Source: Stramenopiles sp. TOSAG23-2 (taxonomy: Eukaryota). Taken from it: 52,137 nucleotides of DNA. The translations under genes and the position numbers were made by a program. The stretch covers positions 1 through 52,137 of the forward strand of contig LT649264.1 of assembly GCA_900128395.1 (NCBI GenBank), read 5' to 3'. The notes under the pieces were generated by a model. That model worked only from the letters and a program-made list of their open reading frames with translations. It had not been told where the DNA came from and searched no databases. Positions 43,512 to 52,137 of this stretch are shown here, in pieces. The first letter of the stretch is position 1, and each line of letters starts with the position of its first letter.

Positions 43512-44828
43512 ATGGTGAAAAGAAAGATTTTAGATAAATCACCTGAAAAACAAAGATTGGGTGGCAAAAAGCCTTTTGCTGGTGAAAATGATATTATCAT
43601 AAATGAAACTGAATTCAATGAAGAACGAAAAGTGAAAAGTCCAATTAAAAGTCCATTACGAAAAAATATCAATACGGTATCGTTTAACCCAGCTTCTAAA
43701 AAAGGAAAACTATCATTTTTTAAGCGAAAATCGTCTAAAATCGAAAGAAAAGGGCCTGGAAAGGAAGACGATAAAATTAATGGTGTTGATGGAGAAGAAG
43801 AAAATAGAAATGTAAATATTGGATTTGAAACTGATGATACTTTAACTGGCCCATCCTCGGACGAGCATGTCAATGCGCTTTTAGAAACCAAGGAATCTAG
43901 CGATAAGGATGAAATGGATGAAAGGGTAGAAGAAGACAATGTCGTTGGCCCTGAGATTGAAATTTTACCAGAAGAACAATTTGAAATAGATAAAGAATTA
44001 GATTGGATCGAAAAGGATGCCCGGCGATTTCAAAAAGCCTTAGATAAACAGTGCAACAACTGCAATATGAAGGCTGCAAGGTGGTATTGTCATGGCTGCA
44101 ATTTCAGTTTTTGTATCCATTGTCATCAAGAAATTCATAAACGATTTGTAAAGCAATATTATAACGAAGAGCATATCGTAGAACGTATAGATGGTGGTAG
44201 CTTAGAATGTGGATTTTGTAGAAAAACTGCTTTTGATTTAAATACAAGTGGTTACACGTCCTATCAAAGCACTTATAAAAAAAATTACGAGAATAATTTA
44301 AAAGAAGCGTTGCGCAAAGGTGAAAAAAAAGTGGTTGGTAAATTAAATGCAAATTGGGCGAAACGTGAGAAAGAGAAAAAACGTACGTTGAGAGATGATG
44401 TTAAAGAAGCAGAGTTAAGCGAAGCAATAGCAGAAATGGATGTACGAGTCAGACAAGAAATTTTGTTGCAGCATAAAACATTATTAGAACCATTTGAGTA
44501 TAATGCTTTAAATTTAGCAGCGACGAATAATGATCAGAAAAATAATGCAGCATTCAAATATGATTTTACTAGGCAAGCGGTTGTATGTAAATCGTGTATA
44601 CGATTTATGAATACTAATCCTAGATTTAAACGAAAAAGTATACAAATTGAGGCATACGCTGCCCCAACACCATATTTAGATCCAACTGCAATTGCAGGGA
44701 AAATATTAGTAAAAATAAAACGCGATAGAGAAGCTCGAATGGCAGCAGCTGCAATGGCCAAGGCAGATAAAAAGGCAGCGGAAGATTTGCAAAAAAAAAA
44801 GAAATCAAGTTTTTGTGTAATTTCATAG
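43512..44828 (+). CDS. B-box zinc-finger protein with C-terminal polybasic CaaX motif
   Basis: CNNC...WYCHGC...FCIHCHQEIH...H; C-terminus KKKKSSFCVIS. Confidence 0.8.
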   Translation: MVKRKILDKSPEKQRLGGKKPFAGENDIIINETEFNEERKVKSPIKSPLRKNINTVSFNPASKKGKLSFFKRKSSKIERKGPGKEDDKINGVDGEEENRNVNIGFETDDTLTGPSSDEHVNALLETKESSDKDEMDERVEEDNVVGPEIEILPEEQFEIDKELDWIEKDARRFQKALDKQCNNCNMKAARWYCHGCNFSFCIHCHQEIHKRFVKQYYNEEHIVERIDGGSLECGFCRKTAFDLNTSGYTSYQSTYKKNYENNLKEALRKGEKKVVGKLNANWAKREKEKKRTLRDDVKEAELSEAIAEMDVRVRQEILLQHKTLLEPFEYNALNLAATNNDQKNNAAFKYDFTRQAVVCKSCIRFMNTNPRFKRKSIQIEAYAAPTPYLDPTAIAGKILVKIKRDREARMAAAAMAKADKKAAEDLQKKKKSSFCVIS

Positions 44829-44957
44829 CATATATATGATATTATGATCAGGAGAAAGGAATTTTACAAAAATTTTTTTAATTTTTTTAATATATAAAAA
44901 TAATACGAGTATAAATAAAAACAAAAAGATATAGCTTTTATACAGACACGCGCATTT

Positions 44958-47483
44958 TTACAAACGCCGCACATTGACCTCCTTTACCTTTACTACTCGC
45001 ATCTTTCCTAGGCTTATCTTATAATCCGTATGTGAGTTACATTCCATAACATCATGCAAACAATGTTCATAAGATTTTTTTTCATTCATCAAACATTTGT
45101 TATATTTTAATGTGCATTCTTTTCTCATTGCTTTATGACTTTTGCCTGTAACTTCACATTGACCGGGACATATTTCTTCATTACAAAAACTTGTCGTCTT
45201 TAACCATTTACACAATTTTGAATTTGTTGCATCCAATTGATATTCCTTTTTTAAATTAAAAATCTTTGGATGTTTTTGTTGACTATCGATTATATCTTTA
45301 TTCGCTAAATTTTCGCTATTCTGCAAAGCAGCACGCATCTCGGCTACAATTCTCTGAACAGATGGTGATTGTTCCATAGCTTGTGTCTTTTTTTCTTCTT
45401 CAGTTGGTTGTTGACTACGTATTAACGTTCCGTCTAACAAATTGTCTGCATCCCTATTTAACTTGCGGATTGCACTATTAGCATGTTCATCAGCACTTTT
45501 CATTTCATTTTGAATATCAGTATGTGCATCACCAGGATTTAAAACATTATTTATTTTTTGTTGTTCTTGCAAATGTTTCTTGAATAAGTGTCTTAATTTT
45601 CCAAATCCCGCTAGTTCATCCATATCGTGCTCATTTGCTTCTTGGACATCAGACAACAATTGTTTCACCGCTTCCTTTGTTCTCAACAAGCGATCTTTGG
45701 GACTATTTGACCCAGTAGCACCAGTGGTACGTTTGCCAGTAAATCCATCGTCTAAATCTTCTTTTTTCATATGCTTTATTACATCCTGAATGCTATTTAA
45801 GTGCTCCTCATGAGTATCATGATGTGGAAATAATTTATTTGGATGAACACCTTTCTTCATATGATTCATGATCAAAAGATTCGTTTTTACTTTATTGTTT
45901 TCGCTAATTCCACCGAGGACTTTCTTTATTGTTGGATTTTGCAAAAGTGCCCGATCGAGATCAGGCAAGCCAGTCACATTTAATACATGATTTTGCAAAC
46001 TTTTTATTGCTAATTTTCCTGTTAATGACCTAATAAATGTTCCAGTTGGGCCAGAGATTGGCAGTGGTGCAGGGCCACTTTCACCAGTTGCGGTAGTTTC
46101 ACCAAATACGTTTGGACCAGTTGGGCCACTTTTACCAGTTGCGGTAGTTCCACCTTGGACCACGTTGCTAGCGTTTGGACCAGTTGGGCCACTTTCACCA
46201 GTTGCGGTAGTTGGACCAGTTGGACCAGTTGCTTTATTTGTTTTATGCCAATTCTCAAATGTCTCCTTATGCTTTAAAAATTGTTCATTCATTCTGGTAT
46301 ATTCTTTGTGATGCTCTTCTGCTCGTTTTTTCCACGCTTGCTCTTCTGTCATCATTTTTTGTTTCCTTCTATGGAGTGTTTTTGCAACAACATAAGTATC
46401 GTTTTCTAATGTTTTATTTTCAGATAAATCGCCGATTAAAGCATGATGGTCTTTTGCTGAGGAAAGTATTACATCTAAAAAGTCTTTTGTTGCATTTACG
46501 TCCGACTGTATAGTGTTTTTGAACAAGGCTTTCATAGACTTTTTCGTTGTCTCGGATTCATTTATTGCTTTTTGCTCCTCGTTAGCTACAGTCGTAACTT
46601 TGTTTGCTTCTACTTTTTCTGCAGTCGTAATTTTTTCATCCTTTTCAAATTCTTCGTTCTCAGTGTTATTTTTCTCTACAAGTTGTTTGTGTTCTTCCTC
46701 TACTATTGTTAACTCCGTATTCGTTTCGTTTACACGATTTTTCATCATTTTGTCCTTAATATTACTTGTCAAATTTTGCGATTTAGTATATGCTTTCTCA
46801 TGATCTAATTTGTTTTGATCGTATTTTGTTTTCTCTTCGGCTTGTTTCTTGGCCAATTGTTCACGTTTTACTTCATTGTCTTGGATTGCTTTTTTCAGTT
46901 CCTCTCGCTTTTGAGCATGTTTCTTCATCTTTTCCTCTCTCTCTACTGCAATTTTATGTTTAATTTCAGCCTCTTTAATCTTTTTCTCTACCTCTTCCTT
47001 ATGCTTTATTTCTAATTTTTTCAGCTCCTCTTTTTCTTGCAAGGATTTCTTCTCATTTTCCTCTGGTAGCCTCAATAATTTCTTAGCTTTTTCTTCTGTT
47101 GCCTTTTCCATTGTACTGTCTTCTAATGCTTTTTTTCTAAGCTCTTTAATTTTTACCTTTTCTTCATTTATTGCAGTATTATTGACTGGTGCTTTAAAGT
47201 TCTTCCCGCCAGCATGTTTGCAAGCTTTGCCGCAAACCAGCGAAAACACGATGGAAGCATTTTTCTTTTCGCACATACCTTTGCAGTACAACGGAAAATT
47301 TTCATTAGCTAAATCTAAATGTTGCTCTGGATGACTTCCCACATATATGCCATAATTACAAGCCTCTAGCTTTGTCCCGTTTAGCTTGGAGCAATATCTA
47401 TTACTATTTGGAACTGTAGAAGCATTTACGGTAATACAATAAATTGCAACAAATGCAACTACGATTAACATATGCATCTGCAT
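44958..47483 (-). CDS. Secreted protein with Cys-rich ends, E/K coiled coil and G-P-T repeats
   Basis: Signal peptide MLIVVAFVAIYCITVNA; Cys clusters at both ends; TTATG[EK]SGP repeats. Confidence 0.8.
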   Translation of the reverse strand: MQMHMLIVVAFVAIYCITVNASTVPNSNRYCSKLNGTKLEACNYGIYVGSHPEQHLDLANENFPLYCKGMCEKKNASIVFSLVCGKACKHAGGKNFKAPVNNTAINEEKVKIKELRKKALEDSTMEKATEEKAKKLLRLPEENEKKSLQEKEELKKLEIKHKEEVEKKIKEAEIKHKIAVEREEKMKKHAQKREELKKAIQDNEVKREQLAKKQAEEKTKYDQNKLDHEKAYTKSQNLTSNIKDKMMKNRVNETNTELTIVEEEHKQLVEKNNTENEEFEKDEKITTAEKVEANKVTTVANEEQKAINESETTKKSMKALFKNTIQSDVNATKDFLDVILSSAKDHHALIGDLSENKTLENDTYVVAKTLHRRKQKMMTEEQAWKKRAEEHHKEYTRMNEQFLKHKETFENWHKTNKATGPTGPTTATGESGPTGPNASNVVQGGTTATGKSGPTGPNVFGETTATGESGPAPLPISGPTGTFIRSLTGKLAIKSLQNHVLNVTGLPDLDRALLQNPTIKKVLGGISENNKVKTNLLIMNHMKKGVHPNKLFPHHDTHEEHLNSIQDVIKHMKKEDLDDGFTGKRTTGATGSNSPKDRLLRTKEAVKQLLSDVQEANEHDMDELAGFGKLRHLFKKHLQEQQKINNVLNPGDAHTDIQNEMKSADEHANSAIRKLNRDADNLLDGTLIRSQQPTEEEKKTQAMEQSPSVQRIVAEMRAALQNSENLANKDIIDSQQKHPKIFNLKKEYQLDATNSKLCKWLKTTSFCNEEICPGQCEVTGKSHKAMRKECTLKYNKCLMNEKKSYEHCLHDVMECNSHTDYKISLGKMRVVKVKEVNVRRL
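46072..46231 (-). repeat. Coding repeat, three copies of a 27-bp unit (TTATG[EK]SGP)
   Basis: GGGCCACTTT[CT]ACCAGTTGCGGTAGTT at 46072, 46123 and 46186 on the + strand. Confidence 0.9.
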
Positions 47484-48252
47484 TGCAACTATTTAATACT
47501 GTAACAGTGAATTCAACGAACGTCTCAACACTTTTGTATTTATATATTCTATATCTATCTTTATCGCATATTTATTCTGTACGTATGTACATATATATAA
47601 TAGCAATACATATATATATAATATATATGTAAACTATTGATTCATCAAGAGTATATATGTAATAAAACCAATAAAAACAATTATTGGTTACCCCTATATA
47701 TTTAAATTGTGTTTACATAGGTTAATGTTATTGTCAAAACTTCTTCAAAAACACTGATGAGCTTGTCTCCTCCCCCCCCACTTTTATTAACTTCTTTTGT
47801 ATAAATACGAGGATTTTTCTTAAGCGTGTGTCCCTGCTATCACTATAGCTGCTATGTTCATGGAAAACAAAACCATTTCTTTTACTTGAAGAAGTAGAAA
47901 TTATTTATAGAAATCTAAATCCAGAAGCACAGAAGTGCAGAAGCACCACATGGCAATAAAGCTAAACTATATTGATAGGGAAAGTTTTAGTTTTATACCT
48001 GCTAATATACCCATATCAAAAAATCATTTGCACATTTTTTATTTTTTATAATAAATAGTGCAACAAATAAACATATATATATCATATACTAATTAGTTTA
48101 TATTTCCAAGATACTGTACTGTCGGTATGTATTTAATCAAGATTCAAATTAATTCGATTACAAAGTAAAAGGACTGACAAAGAATTCAAATCGTATCCAT
48201 ACATACACAGACATACTACACAATTCTGTATTATTAAAGTATTGCATTTATT

Positions 48253-50244
48253 ATGACTACAGTTGCAGAACAAAAGACGAAAGAGACAGTTGAATTTAAG
48301 TTTCATCACTTACATTTCTATTGTGATGACTTAAAACCAACGGAGGAGTACAAAAAAATGGAAGAACACTTAAATAACTTTGGAAAAGCCTTTCCATATG
48401 ATAGTTCGAAGCGGGTGGATTTGGAAAATGGGCGTAAAGCATGGGAAGAAGTTACGGGTAAAACTGCTGATCCAAGTTCATATATACCACAAGGTCAAGA
48501 TATTGTTACACAGCTTTTACATGGTGTTGGTTGCAGAGTAACTGGTGAGCATGTTGGTAGTGCTGACACCGCTCGTTCATTATGTGTACGATTTAATGAT
48601 AATCGAGGTGTACAATTTATTATAACCAGTAAAAATAAATTAAATACTGCAAAAAGACCAAAAATGTCTGTGACATACGATCATTTTCTCCAATCGCACA
48701 TTGATGAATTTTATACTGTACATGGCAATAAACAAGGTATTGCATGTTTAGGATTTGAAGTTGCACAAGGTGGCTTGGATATCATTTATTCAAGATATCA
48801 AAAAAAACATCCAAAATTACTTGCCTCGGGAAAAATTATACAATATACAGAGGGATTTCGTATATTAGAAGTATTTGCATACTACAAAGGAGCAAAAAAC
48901 GTAACTGATGCAGATCATGGTACTATCATTCGGTTTGTTGAAATTGATAAAGCTTCCAATGGAAAAGGCCTAGTCTTACCTGGCATGGATATTTTAAATG
49001 CAGAGTATGATAATGCATGCAATCCAGCTTATTGCGATCATTGGGTTAGTAATGTCATTTCAAGGGAAGGGTTTTTAGATACATTAAACGATACACTTGG
49101 TTTTACGCCAAAAGTTGATTTTAATGCAGGCGTTGTGGCAGCTGGTGAAGCGCAAATTGAAAGCACAGTCACTGGAAATTCAACAATGTTTGAAACGGTA
49201 CAATCAGCAGAAGCACTAGTGGATCAATCGCAAGTATATTTGCCAATTAACAATGCATTGAGTGAGGTTGGACACGTGCATTGGTTCCTTGAAGAGCTTG
49301 GACAAGGCGTCCAACACGTTGCAAGTCGAGTGAAAGATTTACCTGCATTTATACAACAAACGAATGATTATCGTGAAATGACTGGTGAAGGGTTTACTTT
49401 TTTAAATATTCCACGTTCATATTATGGTCGATTAACGATTGAAGATATGGTATCCCATACAAATGCTTCTACAGATGTTTGTGAAAATGTTTTCAAAGGG
49501 TTGATTGAAAGCAATTTAATGGATATCACCGGTGTTGTAAAATTAAACATTACCAATGATGAAATAACAAATGCAATTTCTTCTATGGTTAACGGCATGG
49601 ATGAGAAATTTGTTTTTATCATAAAAAAATCACGATATGCTAATTTATATAAATTGCTACGTGATCATTTATCGGAAGAATCATATTTACGAATCGTTCG
49701 AAATAAAATTTTAGTTGATATTCAAGGTGGTGATTTATTGTATCAAATTTTTACATCAAATGTGTTACAACGTAAAGCTGGTGAAGAAGCACCTTTCTTG
49801 GAATTCATACAACGCGTATGTTCTGAGAAAAAATTTGAAGATGGTTCCTGCAAACCAATTAAACCTGGTTGTGGTGGATTTGGTATTAGGAATTTTTTGA
49901 CATTGTTTCTATCAATTGAAGTGTCCAAAGCAATGCGTACGGTGAAAGAAGCGAAAGCAAATGGTGATACGAAAGCAGAGGAAAAAGCAAATAAACAAGT
50001 CGAAGTATTTACTGCACAATTGGATGAAGCAAATCCAATTTTAACAATTATTTCTGATGCTATGACAATAGAAGGTGAATTATTGGATGAAGCAGCAAAA
50101 ATCAGTGATAATAATAGTGTAAAGAAGAAAGAATTAATAGCAAAAGCAATGGAACAACGTAAGATTAAAAACGATGGACAAGAAATGTTAAAAATAACAA
50201 GTTTGAAATATGCAAAAATGATGAAAGCATTGAGGGAAAATTAA
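48253..50244 (+). CDS. HPD: Enlarged 4-hydroxyphenylpyruvate dioxygenase-family enzyme
   Basis: FHHLHFYC, CDHWVSN, GQGVQHVA, FLNIPRSYY, ILVD...LYQIFT, PFLEFIQR, GCGGFG..NF..LF.SIE (His-His-Glu Fe triad present). Confidence 0.88.
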   Translation: MTTVAEQKTKETVEFKFHHLHFYCDDLKPTEEYKKMEEHLNNFGKAFPYDSSKRVDLENGRKAWEEVTGKTADPSSYIPQGQDIVTQLLHGVGCRVTGEHVGSADTARSLCVRFNDNRGVQFIITSKNKLNTAKRPKMSVTYDHFLQSHIDEFYTVHGNKQGIACLGFEVAQGGLDIIYSRYQKKHPKLLASGKIIQYTEGFRILEVFAYYKGAKNVTDADHGTIIRFVEIDKASNGKGLVLPGMDILNAEYDNACNPAYCDHWVSNVISREGFLDTLNDTLGFTPKVDFNAGVVAAGEAQIESTVTGNSTMFETVQSAEALVDQSQVYLPINNALSEVGHVHWFLEELGQGVQHVASRVKDLPAFIQQTNDYREMTGEGFTFLNIPRSYYGRLTIEDMVSHTNASTDVCENVFKGLIESNLMDITGVVKLNITNDEITNAISSMVNGMDEKFVFIIKKSRYANLYKLLRDHLSEESYLRIVRNKILVDIQGGDLLYQIFTSNVLQRKAGEEAPFLEFIQRVCSEKKFEDGSCKPIKPGCGGFGIRNFLTLFLSIEVSKAMRTVKEAKANGDTKAEEKANKQVEVFTAQLDEANPILTIISDAMTIEGELLDEAAKISDNNSVKKKELIAKAMEQRKIKNDGQEMLKITSLKYAKMMKALREN

Positions 50245-50342
50245 ACTCAAAAATGTATAATATTAAAAAGTGTGGATTGAGCAGAGAATAGAGAAATTTT
50301 AGCAAACGGCGTTTCAATACGCGTATTGTTTGTGAAAATATT

Positions 50343-50360
50343 TATACTCGTACGAGTATA
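50343..50360. promoter_or_regulatory. 18-bp palindrome TATACTCGTACGAGTATA (double TACGAGTA motif) downstream of HPPD
   Basis: Perfect palindrome with the opposite half-site arrangement to 28716; function inferred only. Confidence 0.5.
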
Positions 50361-50547
50361 GTGTGATAGTATTATCATACGCACACACACTTTTAATATA
50401 CGAACTGTAAAAAGAAAAATTTTTTTACAAAACCGTATCTCAGGATTATTTTTTTAGAAACGCACAGCACCACACTTTTTTTTTTTTGTGTAAAATTATA
50501 AACATATTATATTCTATCTTCGCTCCTCACTAAAACTACGAAATATT

Positions 50548-50799
50548 TTAAACTGCAAATGGATCGTCATTTGCTAATAACCATACACCATTTAAGCGTG
50601 CCAGTTGTTCTGCCTCGATCTTATTTAAACCAGCAACGAAATATACTCTATCACCAGATGCTTGTTGCACGATATAAGGTAAATCAATGACACAGCGACC
50701 TTGTTCAAATGGTGTTACTTCGCATGGAGTTGTTCCCTCGGAACCTTGGCCATCTATTATATGTATCAATATTAGCAGATTGGTATATGGTTGTCTGGG
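50548..50799 (-). pseudogene. Headless C-terminal coding fragment
   Basis: ...IIDGQGSEGTTPCEVTPFEQGRCVIDLPYIVQQASGDRVYFVAGLNKIEAEQLARLNGVWLLANDDPFAV*; no ATG, bounded by an in-frame TAG at 50800-50802. Confidence 0.5.
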
Positions 50800-50987
50800 C
50801 TAAAACCGATATTTATACGATCCGGACGATTGATTTTTTTGTTTGTGTAACCCTTGCTGTAGTGTATGTAGTCATATTTATAGCATTATTTCTGTGGTAT
50901 GAATGCTGCACGTGTTGTTCATCATCGTCTAGGAAAAAGAAAAAACGATCACCTAAAGTAAAAAAGAAGGTTAAACCATTAAGTTAA
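50709..50987 (+). pseudogene. Small membrane protein or C-terminal fragment of a membrane protein (TM helix, Cys cluster, polybasic tail)
   Basis: IDFFVCVTLAVVYVVIFIALFLWYECCTCC...RKKKKRSPKVKKKVKPLS*; its 5' part overlaps the minus-strand fragment. Confidence 0.45.
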
Positions 50988-51113
50988 AAAGAGAGAGAGA
51001 GAGAGAGGAGACTTTTGCTTCAGACTACGGAAGGAGCAATCCGCGCGAGGATTAATAATAATTTTTCTTCCATAAATTTTAAAAATATATAAATATTTAT
51101 GTGCTTATATGTT

Positions 51114-51851
51114 TTATTTATTTTCCTCTTTCACCATCTCCTCCTCTTCCTCTTCAACATATGATAAAAGTTTAAATCCAATTAAACCGGGTATTTCTTT
51201 CATTGTTCCACCATATTTTCTATGTAAATATTCTTTTGGTATGGCTTCATATAAAACTTCTCTTACCGTCTCATCATCATGTGGACCAAGGACTTTTGCT
51301 TTTTTCTTTGTATTTTCATTTAAAACTGGCCTTGCAATGGCATATATAGCACGGAACAATAATGGTGCATTAACAAAGCCAACAAAACAAACATGTTCCG
51401 CAAAATGTTCTTGTGCCCCTTTTACATATGATTTGATAGTATTTAATAATTTGGGATAAAAATGTTTAAAAATGGACAACCCATCTAAATCAGTGATCCT
51501 ACACATATATACCATTTTATTTAATCTTCTACTTTCTTCATCGCAATACCAAACTATCCATTCATAAAGTGTATCCAAATCATTTACCACTTGATCAGGA
51601 TCAAAATCAATTTCATGTAATGAATATTGGCCATTAAAATCATATTGAACTAAATGGCCATCAACTGTACGACCTGCTATGAATGACTGTGGCATATATT
51701 TCAAGATTTCAACCGTTTGACAATGCTCTAGAAAACTTTCAAGGTTTGGACATTTTTTTAAAATTGTATCTCTTCGCTCATCCGCATTAATATTAATTCT
51801 CCATTCAAGTTGTATCCGAAAAGCTATAAGTGCTTCATCAATATCACAATC
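51114..51851 (-). CDS. CRAL-TRIO/Sec14 lipid-binding protein, apparently 5'-incomplete
   Basis: The frame stays open past the ORF-track start through DCDIDEALIAFRIQLEWR (CRAL-TRIO N helix); ITDLDGL, QEHFAE, FVNAPLLF, ENTKKK, YLHRKYGG. In-frame TGA at 51852-51854. Confidence 0.85.
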   Translation of the reverse strand, partial: DCDIDEALIAFRIQLEWRININADERRDTILKKCPNLESFLEHCQTVEILKYMPQSFIAGRTVDGHLVQYDFNGQYSLHEIDFDPDQVVNDLDTLYEWIVWYCDEESRRLNKMVYMCRITDLDGLSIFKHFYPKLLNTIKSYVKGAQEHFAEHVCFVGFVNAPLLFRAIYAIARPVLNENTKKKAKVLGPHDDETVREVLYEAIPKEYLHRKYGGTMKEIPGLIGFKLLSYVEEEEEEMVKEENK

Positions 51852-52137
51852 TCATTTTATAAAAAATGATTTAATATTTTTTTAAAACATTACGAGTAGA
51901 TTTTTTGATGATGTTAATAAAAAAAATGTACGAAGTATACGAAGTTCATAAAATTATCAGGAGTATAATGTAATATTTATATATACTCGTATTATATTAC
52001 TTCGTACGTCTGTACTTCGTATATTACGTATGCATTTACACACATACGAATCTTTTTTTTTTATTTTATGCATACGGCATACTTCTCTTGCGCATTTATA
52101 ATATTTATTTTTTAATCTTTCAATCGAACAATACACT

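Noticed and set aside
46072-46231. Spaced direct repeats resembling a CRISPR array
   Set aside because: In-frame coding repeats in a eukaryotic gene; no cas genes.

Overview
AT-rich, gene-dense, almost intron-free eukaryotic nuclear DNA, probably from a flagellated protist. Stramenopile-like affinity is an inference from gene content (eEF3, TTLL9, CPT1-like, HPPD). About 22 protein-coding genes are present, mostly housekeeping (eEF3, TMEM208, AAR2, CPT1, PIG-C, TTLL9, DPH7, bL36m, HPPD, CRAL-TRIO), with only one clearly supported spliceosomal intron (40194-40309). No rRNA, tRNA or CRISPR array was recognised. Most notable: (1) a single-chain 4x6TM channel built from Kv-like repeats whose filters lack TVGYG and instead read FGEF/SGES/TGDF/GGEW (an E-E-D-E ring); (2) the motif TACGAGTA, often palindromic, marking convergent 3'-3' intergenic regions; (3) a ~970-bp interval with 15-bp inverted termini and decayed coding sequence, with possible degenerate relatives next to orphan ORF fragments; (4) several headless gene tails near the right end; (5) a TTAGGG patch in a 1.9-kb unexplained gap; (6) a PTS2 signal on a class II aldolase. 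All calls come from reading the sequence by eye, with no database searches.
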